A stretch of DNA of 64,000 bases, from NCBI GenBank assembly GCA_965644295.1, contig CBFFRP010000123.1:62001-126000 (forward strand), given 5' to 3'. How positions within the stretch are numbered: the first letter of the stretch is position 1; every line of letters starts with the position of its first letter. This document shows positions 12,908-22,626 of the stretch, piece after piece. A program made the translations under genes and the position numbers. This DNA is from Paraphysomonas bandaiensis. Lineage: Eukaryota > Protista > Chrysophyceae. Below the pieces are notes generated by a model. It saw nothing but the letters and a program-made list of their open reading frames with translations. It was not told the DNA's origin and did no database searches.

Positions 12908-13225
12908 ACTATAGACTAGTGACTTGAGAGAATATATTGGACGAAGTAATTGTCTATTATCTTTTTTCATATTCATGGTAGTAACAGTTGTAGCAGTGAT
13001 GTAACGTGTAGTAGATTGTGAGAACGATGACACTTCACGTATATTAAGTCATAATATTCACTGAACTCAATCGTGTAAGCGTTACTTTTGCTCTCATAAA
13101 TTGTGCAAATTAGTCTCTTTATTATAAAGAAAGTTGTGATAGTTAGTGCATGCATGTACTCATTCTCATACCTGAATTCAGCACGCTGACGTCATATTAC
13201 TCAATGGAATTTTGACCTAACAGTC

Positions 13226-14101
13226 TGTAATAACCAGCTATCAGGTTATTCTATTCTACAAGCTCTCTATTGTATATGCTTAAGTTTGTACATACTATCT
13301 GTGCAAACATAGATTGAATATTATTATTATTACCATAACTCACACTGAGATATATGATGTATTATGACTATGACAATTCATGCTTATTATTGATATTTAC
13401 ATAATCATTCAAAAGACAAAGAGAGACATGATTATCAATAATGAGACATAATGATGATACTGATGATGGATGATATATATATATGTTCTTATTATATATA
13501 TATATTGACTTTAAGGCTGGAGAAGTTTACTGGAGAATTCCGGGTTTGATATCCACGCTGATAGATGTGTATTGCCAGATTATCCAGTAATACAGTTATA
13601 CATTACGTATTTCCTTCAGTGCTTATTGGGGATTGATTGTACTAAGGAGTACGAATACCAGGCTTCAACTACAAAGAGAATACTGAATGTATCTTCCCTT
13701 ATACAGTTGTGATGAGTTATTATGATCAACTGTGTTAGACTGATGTGTTTGGTATTGAATATGAATGATGTTCATTCCATTGATCACGGAATCGTAGGTA
13801 GACATATTTATATTATTGATAATAAGATGCAATTTCCTTACTCTTGAAATTGCTGGTAGATAGCATTGTAGTTGTAGACATATATTTGTTCATTGTGATT
13901 TGATTATATTGTTATTATTATGGAGGAGGAGACTCTTGATAGCGCACAAGAGTCTACTAAATTCGAGTCAGTGAGAAGGACCCTCAGGCTTATGCTTGGA
14001 GGGTTAGACCCTTCCATTGCCAATGCCAGTGAGGATCAAATCCGGGATATAGGCTTGGCATTTGGGTTGTCTGAGATCGAATCAGAGACGTTGGTGTCTC
14101 A
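13226..14101 (+). repeat. 5' LTR (876 bp)
   Basis: tgtaataaccagcta...gttggtgtctca; no difference from 22627-23502 seen by eye. Confidence 0.95.
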
Positions 14102-17100
14102 ATTTTTTAAGGAAATTTCATCTCTCAATAAACAAAGTGACGACTTTAGAGAGACAGAAACTCATGAAGCAGACAGTCAAGCAACGACTGTTCCAGAACT
14201 GGTGGATCGTCTTAGTAGTCCGGAGGAGGTACCCTTGTCAGCCCGAAAACCTCTCGCATTCGGTAAGGACGCTATTCAACCATTGAGGGCTCAGGATGAT
14301 TTTTGTTCGTTTGATGCAGATGCGACAGGAGATAGTCCATTGCATATGGACCCCTTGCCATTCAAGGAACAAAGTAACAAGGAGGCTGAGGCAAAGGAGT
14401 GTCATTATACACCCTTACCTCACGCAGGGGATGAGGCACACAATGTGCTACATTCCACCTCTGGATTGCAAGGTGTATATAACACCAGCAGACCAGACCA
14501 ACTAGGTAGAGATGCGGATAGGTGTCAAATCTGTCAGCGACTCACAGATCCCAAGCGTCTCACCGCAGGAGGAATATGTTATTATTGCTCGGAAAATCAA
14601 TGTATCGATTGTAAGGACCAGGTAAATTCAATGGAAATTCAGGGTGGTCTATGTTATCGATGCCGAGTAAGAAGGGGGATACTCAGATCAAAGAGACCCA
14701 CCACAGACACATTAGAGAAGTGCATAATATTGGGCCATAGAAGATTGCGTCCTCGGCCAGACCTAAACGAGGACACATATATGGAGCATTTGTACCTGGA
14801 TCGTGGGGCTAGAGACCCTATGGACCTAAAGATTTCTCTTAACATCCTGCAACAGTACGCAGATCGACGGAGGGTACATACCACCAGATGGTCAAGACAG
14901 CGATACACCGCTCATATAGCAGAGCCACTGCAGCATTGGGAGCAGCAGATTTACATGGCTTGTACAGCTACTGAGGTCACTGATCGTTTACAGGACCACT
15001 TTTTTGAGCAAATGAAAATAGCAAGAGAGAGTTCTGCGGAAGATATTTCTCAGCTTGCCCAACTAGTCTTAAATCGAGGAAACGGCTTGCAATTACCATC
15101 AAATGTTCGCGAGTGGTTAAGTAGGCTGACAGTTCTTGACAATGTACATGAGTTAGTGGCTGAAGAGCACATTTACGAAACAGCGGAATTGTGTATGGTG
15201 CTGAACCAATACCTTGATATAAGAGACATGGCTGAAACTATGTGGGAGGAGGCCGATAGCCAACTAATGATGCGCTGCAACCTCCTCAGCAAACAACTCA
15301 GTCAGCAAAATAAAAAATTTGGATCTTGGGAAGAGAGGACCGTTGACTCTGACGATGAGTCATACCACTCCTTCGTCAGCAATGGTAGTCGGGGTTCCTT
15401 TGTCAGCAGAGGAAGTCGGTCAGCGGATACCAGATCAAGTACATCCCGAGTGTTGAGTTCTAGGGGTTCAAGATCGAATTCCCGTATTTATCCAACTGAA
15501 GATGGCAGACTGCTAGACGCACAAGCATTCGGGTGTCACCTTCAACAAATTGGAGAGCAACACTGGTCACTGCTCTGTAACCAAATGCGATCGTCTAGAG
15601 CCATGCGGTTAATGTCTAAAGCATTGCCCAAAGCTACTCCATGGAGAAGAGAAGTCAAGGAGCCTACTCTCTACATGAAGACTGATGACAAGATGCGTCT
15701 AGAGAAAGATCATTCTAATCGATACCCCATTGAAAGAGGACTCCGTTTTGCTGTCCAGAAGGCACGTCAGGCCAAGATGGGGCTGAAAGATTTGGTCATA
15801 CAGACAAAGAATGGTTGGTGTTTTAAGGGCGGCTTTAAAGAGGAACTGCAACGGTTGTCTTTGAATCGTGTGCCAGAGATATGGGATGACCAGGAGGATA
15901 GCCAATTAGCCACTGAATATGAATTTTGGATGCGTCGTTGGGTGCATTTCTGCCATTGGGCTATCCGTAATTATTGTCCCGTACAGACCAATGAACAGCG
16001 TGCCAAACAGATTGAGGACTGGGCTGCTCCTGATCTCGCTACGCCTACAGCAGTTATGCAACTATATTATGAACTAAAAGAGGTAGTTGAACATAATACG
16101 CCGGATCGCCAGACGGCACAGGTGATGGAAGAATCTATGCGCCGAGTGGTAGGAAAAGAGCCTGTTTGGGGTAAATCGTTGGTTGCAGCGTACGACAATA
16201 AGATCACAAAAATTGAAAGGGCGAAGTCGACTGAAAATTGGAGTCTATCATGGGAGGAGGTAGAATCAATCTGGCGAGAGATTCAGGAAGAATTCCAGCA
16301 GGGAACGCTGCTATACATTATACGTCCTGATGTCCAATCTAGTAAACAACCAGACACAACTAAGGGTGAGGGAGGCTTACGACGACATCACAAAGTTCAT
16401 GCCGGCATACGCGAGGAACCCAAACCATCTCTCACACCGATTGAGATTGCGAAGCTTACATGTTCACGATGTGGCCTTCGACATAGTATTAACAACGCTC
16501 AATGCCGACGCATCACGAATGGGAAATTTGACCCACTTGGATTTGTGTCTGAGACACCACGTAACATTGAAAGGAATCGAATATACAATTTTTGGTTGTC
16601 CAGATTGAATAAGTATAGCCAACCTTGGTCTCAGTTGCCTACGGCTCAGAAGGAGGAATTTCAGGCAGCATTTCGGGATTTGACTAGCCGGTGGGATGGA
16701 GGGAGTGCTTTGCATACGACATTCATTGGTGGCGAACGGAAGAAATCCAATTCCATAGCATCAAGTGTTTCTAGTACACCACAAGTACATTGGGCGGATA
16801 GTGATGATGACTCTTCTTTCTCTACACTGGATGACTCTATACCTGCTCACAGTACAGACTCACTTTCCGGTTCACGATCTACTAAGTCAAAATCAAAACC
16901 CAAACGAAAGGTTCATGCTGCACAAAAAGTTCGATACTTAGTGCACACTGTGACACCTAGGGATGAATCTCAAGATACATTATCCATGTTTCGTGTTCTA
17001 TATGATACAGTTGATGAAACTGGTAAACCAGTACAGAGAGTCGGTTGGCACCAGGTGGATCATGGCTCTATGGAGTCCTTGATCGACGAAGAGTGTGCAG

Positions 17101-17990
17101 CCCTCTTGAATCTTAAGCGAGTACGAATCCCAAAGAGAGACCGGTACATTATTCGGGGAATAGGTTCACAGGATATCGCTGTGAGTTGGAGAGCTTGTCT
17201 TACCTACACTGTTACTGCACAACGGGTCTTACCTGTGGCAGTGTTGCCGGGAGAGGCACCACTTTTGAACAATGCAAAAGAACAAGTTCAGTTGAAAGCA
17301 TGGATACCAATTATCCCGAATTGTTCCATGAATGTAATCTTTGGAGGGCATGCATTACGACGTATCAAAATGATTGACTTGTTTGATCATAAACTGCTGT
17401 TGTTCCAAACTAATGGTATTCAGTATGCAATGCCTCAATTCAACTGGAATGAGACTGTTACGCAAATGGCATCAGCTCAGGACCCTGTGGTACAGAAATG
17501 TGTTGCACGCCATCTCCGTGAAAACAAACCTCAACCTCACAAGGCTGCAGTCTGCATATCGAAACATATCCCACCGCATTCTAAGATGCGGATTCCTGTT
17601 CAAGTGGGCAAGGGTGCTCCGTTAGGTGGATGGATACAGACTCAGCCAGAGGTTGCAAGGATTAATTCAGGTGATGATGCTAATGAGCCCGTCTTACAAT
17701 TTGAAGATGCTATTTGTACGGCGAACAGACCTTATATATGGGCTTCTAATCATACCGATGATTGGATCCATCTACCGGGTAGACCGCGTTTAGTTGTACG
17801 ACTTCAACCCATATTATTGGGGATGCAGGTTCATAATCAGGAGACGGTGGAATCTGCTATGAAAGGCAGTGTCGAGACGGAGGATACCACTATCATGCCT
17901 ACTGATGACAAATTCCAGCATTCAGATATTTCTATGTTATCTGAAGAGAATCACGAAAATGTCACTAGGCTGGTGTCCTCATCGAAATGA
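13920..17990 (+). CDS. gag: Retrotransposon ORF1: large Gag-like protein plus aspartic protease (1356 aa)
   Basis: Four CxxC pairs near the N terminus; knuckle CSRCGLRHSINNAQC; protease-like QVDHGSMESLID...VIFG; starts inside the LTR. Confidence 0.8.
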   Translation: MEEETLDSAQESTKFESVRRTLRLMLGGLDPSIANASEDQIRDIGLAFGLSEIESETLVSQFFKEISSLNKQSDDFRETETHEADSQATTVPELVDRLSSPEEVPLSARKPLAFGKDAIQPLRAQDDFCSFDADATGDSPLHMDPLPFKEQSNKEAEAKECHYTPLPHAGDEAHNVLHSTSGLQGVYNTSRPDQLGRDADRCQICQRLTDPKRLTAGGICYYCSENQCIDCKDQVNSMEIQGGLCYRCRVRRGILRSKRPTTDTLEKCIILGHRRLRPRPDLNEDTYMEHLYLDRGARDPMDLKISLNILQQYADRRRVHTTRWSRQRYTAHIAEPLQHWEQQIYMACTATEVTDRLQDHFFEQMKIARESSAEDISQLAQLVLNRGNGLQLPSNVREWLSRLTVLDNVHELVAEEHIYETAELCMVLNQYLDIRDMAETMWEEADSQLMMRCNLLSKQLSQQNKKFGSWEERTVDSDDESYHSFVSNGSRGSFVSRGSRSADTRSSTSRVLSSRGSRSNSRIYPTEDGRLLDAQAFGCHLQQIGEQHWSLLCNQMRSSRAMRLMSKALPKATPWRREVKEPTLYMKTDDKMRLEKDHSNRYPIERGLRFAVQKARQAKMGLKDLVIQTKNGWCFKGGFKEELQRLSLNRVPEIWDDQEDSQLATEYEFWMRRWVHFCHWAIRNYCPVQTNEQRAKQIEDWAAPDLATPTAVMQLYYELKEVVEHNTPDRQTAQVMEESMRRVVGKEPVWGKSLVAAYDNKITKIERAKSTENWSLSWEEVESIWREIQEEFQQGTLLYIIRPDVQSSKQPDTTKGEGGLRRHHKVHAGIREEPKPSLTPIEIAKLTCSRCGLRHSINNAQCRRITNGKFDPLGFVSETPRNIERNRIYNFWLSRLNKYSQPWSQLPTAQKEEFQAAFRDLTSRWDGGSALHTTFIGGERKKSNSIASSVSSTPQVHWADSDDDSSFSTLDDSIPAHSTDSLSGSRSTKSKSKPKRKVHAAQKVRYLVHTVTPRDESQDTLSMFRVLYDTVDETGKPVQRVGWHQVDHGSMESLIDEECAALLNLKRVRIPKRDRYIIRGIGSQDIAVSWRACLTYTVTAQRVLPVAVLPGEAPLLNNAKEQVQLKAWIPIIPNCSMNVIFGGHALRRIKMIDLFDHKLLLFQTNGIQYAMPQFNWNETVTQMASAQDPVVQKCVARHLRENKPQPHKAAVCISKHIPPHSKMRIPVQVGKGAPLGGWIQTQPEVARINSGDDANEPVLQFEDAICTANRPYIWASNHTDDWIHLPGRPRLVVRLQPILLGMQVHNQETVESAMKGSVETEDTTIMPTDDKFQHSDISMLSEENHENVTRLVSSSK

Positions 17991-20900
17991 GTTGACGGCA
18001 AAGAGGTGAATCGGCCACCTCCGGAGCCACCGCCTGTTAACATAGCCGATACGACTTCGGATTGTCCACGACCGGAGTCATTCCCTGTGGAATTATGGAA
18101 TTTAGTGGATTTGTGTCAGCGAAATTCAGTTCAACCACGATTTGACAAGTACACTCCTGACCGTCTTCAAGAGTGTATTGAACTGATTTTAACTAAGCTG
18201 GATATATATAAGGATGATGAAGCAGTCTCGTTGCAAGGGGAGATTTCTATCGACGCGGATACTATAGCTTCACATCATAATGAACGTGATTATTTTTTGG
18301 CTCAAGCTTTGGCCAATATTGATGTTTTCTGTTTTCCTGATCCCGATAACCCTCCACGGATTAAGGATTATAAAGTGAGTATTGAAACTACTGATGAAGT
18401 TCCGGTTCGGGCGCGACCTCGGAAATATTCTTTATTGCAACAAGCATTTTTAGAGGCTAAAACTGGTATGATGCTTCGTCAGAAAAAGCTTCAACCCTCA
18501 AACAGTGATTGGAGCCATGGTTTAGTTCTGGTTCCTTATCATGACCGTATTCAGAAATTTTTAGATAAATGGGGAGACACGGCACATTTAGAAATCTTCA
18601 AAAAGGTTAACTGGCCTGAAGTGGCCACATTTTTTCGGATGTGTTCAGATGTCCGATCGCTCAATCAGAAAACTAAGGTAGATATTTTTCCACTTCCCAG
18701 GATTGATGACTTGCTAGATAGCATTCCTGTGGGAACTGACCGGTTTTCAGCGGGCGATATTGCTGATGCATTTTTCTGTGTGGAGCTTGACGCTGATAGT
18801 CGATTTAAAACGGCATTCCGCACTCATAACGCTCATTTACAGTATACGGTGATGTTACAAGGCTGGGTCAATGCACCTTCACACTTTAGTAGAGTCATTG
18901 CCCAGACTTTTGAAGACATGGATCGGTTTCAAGTCTCTGCATACCTGGACGATGTGCTTAACCATACTGGGGGTTTTCGTGCACATTTCCTGACACAGCA
19001 GTCCATATACGATAGACTTCGAAATCGTCATCTTACATTTAAAATTGAAAAGACTCATATTAATTATCGGGAGCTGCGGTTCCTTGGACATATTCTGTCC
19101 AGAAACGGCCGATGCCCTGATCCGAAGAAGGTTGAGGCGATTACAAATCTTGCAGACCCAGAGGACGTTACGGCTGTTCGATGTTTTTTAGGAAGTACTT
19201 CATTCTATCGTCAGTATATTCCTCAATACGCAGACGTTGCGTTGCCTCTGTATGACTTGACGAAGAAAAATGTCAACGTGAAGAAACTCTGGCGCCCAGA
19301 GATACACGGCCATGCCATGGAGAGGCTTAAAGAGGCGCTGCGGAAGGCTCCTGTGCTTCGTTACATTGATAATTCTAAACCGTTTGTCATTCACCTGGAT
19401 GCTTCCAAGACAAAGCGTGGTATCGGTGGGGTTCTCATGCAGCATGATGACGCAGGGCAGCTCCATCCGGTGGAATATTTCAGTCGTAAGTTAACTCCTG
19501 CTGAACGAAATTACTCGGCCACGGATTTGGAATGTAAGGCCCTCAGGGATGTTATTCTCCATTGGCATATTTATCTGAGTAGTGGTCGTAAATTTGAAGT
19601 CCACTCTGACCACAATTGCCTGAAATATATGGTCCATTCAGTGACTGCAACACTTAATCCACGATTGCTGGGATACCTCATGGATCTTCAATCATATCGT
19701 TTTGCTTTACATTACAAAAAAGGGGTGGAAAATGTAGTTGCTGATATGTTAAGTCGCCTTTGGCAAATAGGGGATGTACCGCCAGCTACTAGGGAGGAGC
19801 TCTCCGATCATCTCGGGCCGGTGGTTGATAATGAGGATCCAGACCTCATCCGATCATGGGGGGCTGCAAAACGACAGTTGAGTAAATTGAAACGCCAAGC
19901 GGTTGTGGAGGCGCAAACTATTAAGAAAACTCATACTTGCTCTAGCAAATTTGAGGTTCAAATCTGTAATTGTGATGCGCTGGATTTGGATTTGTTGTCT
20001 TCTTTGCCTGATGTCAAGGAAGGGGGAGTATTAGGGGAAAGTTCAGAATTAGAAAATTCTGCAGTTAGATTTAAAGTTGCTGGCTCTACATTAAAAAGAA
20101 GGAAGCAGCTTTGTATCGATGTAGAACAATATAGTTGCCAAGTCGAGAATCTACTTAAAGAATTGAATATCACGGAAGTTCAGGAAACTGGTGAGTCAAG
20201 GATGAAATTCAGCAATTCGGGACAGAATATACAACATGCAACTGCACACACGAACCGAACTAGCTTTCATCCATCTCGAACAAACTATATGGATAATCCA
20301 GATGAGTCAGAAGATATGAAGTTAATTCGAGAACGACGAATTTCTGGTTACAATCAATGTACTATTCTTCCATCGACAAAGCTAAGAGCAGGATGGGGAC
20401 TTTTTGCCACCAAACAGATCTGTCCAAATGTTGAGATTTGTGATTATGTGGGTCCGGTTGTATCTGAAGGAGTGGATCAATTAAGCTCCAATTATGGGAT
20501 GCAGATGATTGCTGGAGCACATCGTAAGATTGTTATTGATGGATGGGAACCTGGTTCAAGCTTAGGTCGATATGCGAATGATGGGATATCCAAACAATTG
20601 ATTAATGCGAAATTGATATGGAAAAAATCTAAAGGAGTTTTGATGGCTCTTAGAGAGATCTTGCCTGGGGATGAAATATTTTTTGACTATGGTAAAGAAT
20701 TTTGGAGTACTAGAAGTGATCAACTTAGTCCAGAAGATAATCAAATTCTGAATTTAGATGGATCTCGACGGAAGACTACCGTGTCTTTTAAAGATGAATT
20801 TGAGTTAATTGTGTACGATCAAAAACGGAAAGTTCAGGAGAAACTATATTCCAAAATCTTTAAGTACAGCGATGAAGAAAATTCCAGAATACAGGAACTT

Positions 20901-22571
20901 GTTGAGATGGAGGAACGAAATACTAGGAATTTCGAGAGAACTCTCCGATATCTAGAAACCGACGCTTTGGAGAAGTACTCTTATGAGAACCTAGTACAAT
21001 GCCAATCACTTGCTGACGAATTGCAATATCTGGTAGGCAGAAAGTATATTGATGACGATAATTTCCAAAAATATGAGATTGCTTCAATACATTATGATGA
21101 AATGCATAAGTTAGTGGTTGGTCATAGGAGGCCTTTGTCAGGGAAATTGGATAGATATGATACTCACCCATTCGCCGTATGTGGAAAATCTGGATTATGG
21201 GAGTTATCAGATCAATATTTATTAGATCATCCGGAAGAAGATCCGGAGATTAAGTGGCCTTCGAGTAGAGAGAGTATGTTTCAGATCCAAGAAAATGATA
21301 CTCAACTTGGATTGATTATATCACAGTTATCAAATTTTGAAACTGGCCATGAGTTAGAAGTGGATGGTCATGTTTACAAGTTACATGAGAATGCAGATGA
21401 ACCATCGCACAAGACACTATTGAGAAAACATGTTCAGAAAAACAAGGGATCAATAGATTGGCAAATTATGGTCCCTCAGGTGTTACGTTTTCAACTAATG
21501 AAGTATTTCCATGAAGGATATACGCATCCAGGAACACAACGAATGCTTGAAACTTTGAAATTGAGATATTTTTGGCCGTCAATACGCAAGGATGTACAGA
21601 AACATGTGGAGGAATGTATACCTTGTAAATTACGTAAGACCTATCAAACGCGACCAAAGATTCCAATAATGAAATACCCTGATGCAAAATTTCCTTTGTC
21701 ACGAATACATATTGATTTAACAGGAAGATTGGTGAAAACCAAAAGTGGTTTCAGTTATATTCTAGTGGTAAAGGATTTCCTTACTAAATTTGTTTGGCTT
21801 ATGCCTCTTAAGAACAAGACGCCTTTGGAAGTGGCTAATGCTTTGATTACTCATGTGTTTTGTCCATTTGGGTTACCAGAATTACTGGTGAGTGATAAAG
21901 GCACAGAGTTTGTCAATAAACTGACCAAAGCAATATCCAAGTTATTCAAGTATAGAAGGATTAACACTACTCCTTATACTCCAAGGAGCCAGGGTTTAGT
22001 TGAGAATCACAACAAGACGTTGAAGGATCAGTTGTACCATTTTGTAGGTGTATTACAGGATGACTGGGATACATTTTTGCCTACAGTACAATTGATGTAT
22101 AATACTACAGTGTCCTCGAGCACAAGTTTTACTCCATATTATATGATGTTCGGTAGAGAATGCCGTTTACCATCTATAGAGTTTACATTGTCCTCGAAAC
22201 TTTCCGAGCTTCGATTACAACCTGGAACTATTGAAGCTGAATGGATAGATAAATTGTTGATTTCTTTGGAACAAGCTTGGAATTATGCAACGAAGAAGGC
22301 TCAAAAGAATCATCTTCGACATAATATAGTATCTAGGCGACCTCGAGAGTTCAAAGAATATAATGCTGGTGACTTATTCTTCAGAATTCGACGTCCAATT
22401 AATGTGTTTAAATCGGCTGATGATGAGGAATTGTATAAAATCAATGCCAAATTACAAGCTAGATTTGAAGGACCTTATAAAGTTATTCGGCGACTAAGTC
22501 CAATACTTTATGATGCTGAAATTGAAGGAAAAGAGGTTCGAATAAATGCTACTAATATGAAGCCATTTTAG
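17991..22571 (+). CDS. pol: Retrotransposon Pol: RT, RNase H, SET domain, integrase; in frame with ORF1 after a single TGA
   Basis: RT FPLPRIDDLL / QGWVNAPSHF / YLDD; RNase H DAS / YSATDLE / SDH / ADMLSR; integrase HEGYTHPG..CIPC, IDLTG, SDKGTEF, GLVENHN, FEGPY. Confidence 0.95.
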   Translation, partial: VDGKEVNRPPPEPPPVNIADTTSDCPRPESFPVELWNLVDLCQRNSVQPRFDKYTPDRLQECIELILTKLDIYKDDEAVSLQGEISIDADTIASHHNERDYFLAQALANIDVFCFPDPDNPPRIKDYKVSIETTDEVPVRARPRKYSLLQQAFLEAKTGMMLRQKKLQPSNSDWSHGLVLVPYHDRIQKFLDKWGDTAHLEIFKKVNWPEVATFFRMCSDVRSLNQKTKVDIFPLPRIDDLLDSIPVGTDRFSAGDIADAFFCVELDADSRFKTAFRTHNAHLQYTVMLQGWVNAPSHFSRVIAQTFEDMDRFQVSAYLDDVLNHTGGFRAHFLTQQSIYDRLRNRHLTFKIEKTHINYRELRFLGHILSRNGRCPDPKKVEAITNLADPEDVTAVRCFLGSTSFYRQYIPQYADVALPLYDLTKKNVNVKKLWRPEIHGHAMERLKEALRKAPVLRYIDNSKPFVIHLDASKTKRGIGGVLMQHDDAGQLHPVEYFSRKLTPAERNYSATDLECKALRDVILHWHIYLSSGRKFEVHSDHNCLKYMVHSVTATLNPRLLGYLMDLQSYRFALHYKKGVENVVADMLSRLWQIGDVPPATREELSDHLGPVVDNEDPDLIRSWGAAKRQLSKLKRQAVVEAQTIKKTHTCSSKFEVQICNCDALDLDLLSSLPDVKEGGVLGESSELENSAVRFKVAGSTLKRRKQLCIDVEQYSCQVENLLKELNITEVQETGESRMKFSNSGQNIQHATAHTNRTSFHPSRTNYMDNPDESEDMKLIRERRISGYNQCTILPSTKLRAGWGLFATKQICPNVEICDYVGPVVSEGVDQLSSNYGMQMIAGAHRKIVIDGWEPGSSLGRYANDGISKQLINAKLIWKKSKGVLMALREILPGDEIFFDYGKEFWSTRSDQLSPEDNQILNLDGSRRKTTVSFKDEFELIVYDQKRKVQEKLYSKIFKYSDEENSRIQELVEMEERNTRNFERTLRYLETDALEKYSYENLVQCQSLADELQYLVGRKYIDDDNFQKYEIASIHYDEMHKLVVGHRRPLSGKLDRYDTHPFAVCGKSGLWELSDQYLLDHPEEDPEIKWPSSRESMFQIQENDTQLGLIISQLSNFETGHELEVDGHVYKLHENADEPSHKTLLRKHVQKNKGSIDWQIMVPQVLRFQLMKYFHEGYTHPGTQRMLETLKLRYFWPSIRKDVQKHVEECIPCKLRKTYQTRPKIPIMKYPDAKFPLSRIHIDLTGRLVKTKSGFSYILVVKDFLTKFVWLMPLKNKTPLEVANALITHVFCPFGLPELLVSDKGTEFVNKLTKAISKLFKYRRINTTPYTPRSQGLVENHNKTLKDQLYHFVGVLQDDWDTFLPTVQLMYNTTVSSSTSFTPYYMMFGRECRLPSIEFTLSSKLSELRLQPGTIEAEWIDKLLISLEQAWNYATKKAQKNHLRHNIVSRRPREFKEYNAGDLFFRIRRPINVFKSADDEELYKINAKLQARFEGPYKVIRRLSPILYDAEIEGKEVRINATNMKPF
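20358..20705 (+). other. SET lysine-methyltransferase domain embedded in Pol
   Basis: AGWGLFATKQI...ICDYVG...IDG...LGRYAND...NAK...ALREILPGDEIFFDYGKEFW matches the SET motifs GxG, RFxNH and ELxFDY. Confidence 0.9.
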
Positions 22572-22615
22572 GTTCGCAGTGAACTTCGTTCCGCATACTG
22601 GCGTATGCGACTGCT

Positions 22616-22626
22616 GGAGGGGGTAG
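22616..22626 (+). promoter_or_regulatory. Polypurine tract of the LTR element
   Basis: ggagggggtag immediately 5' of the 3' LTR. Confidence 0.85.

Noticed and set aside
17988-17990. UGA as selenocysteine or an alternative genetic code
   Set aside because: It lies in a linker rather than a redox motif, no SECIS was recognised, and other genes here end in TGA
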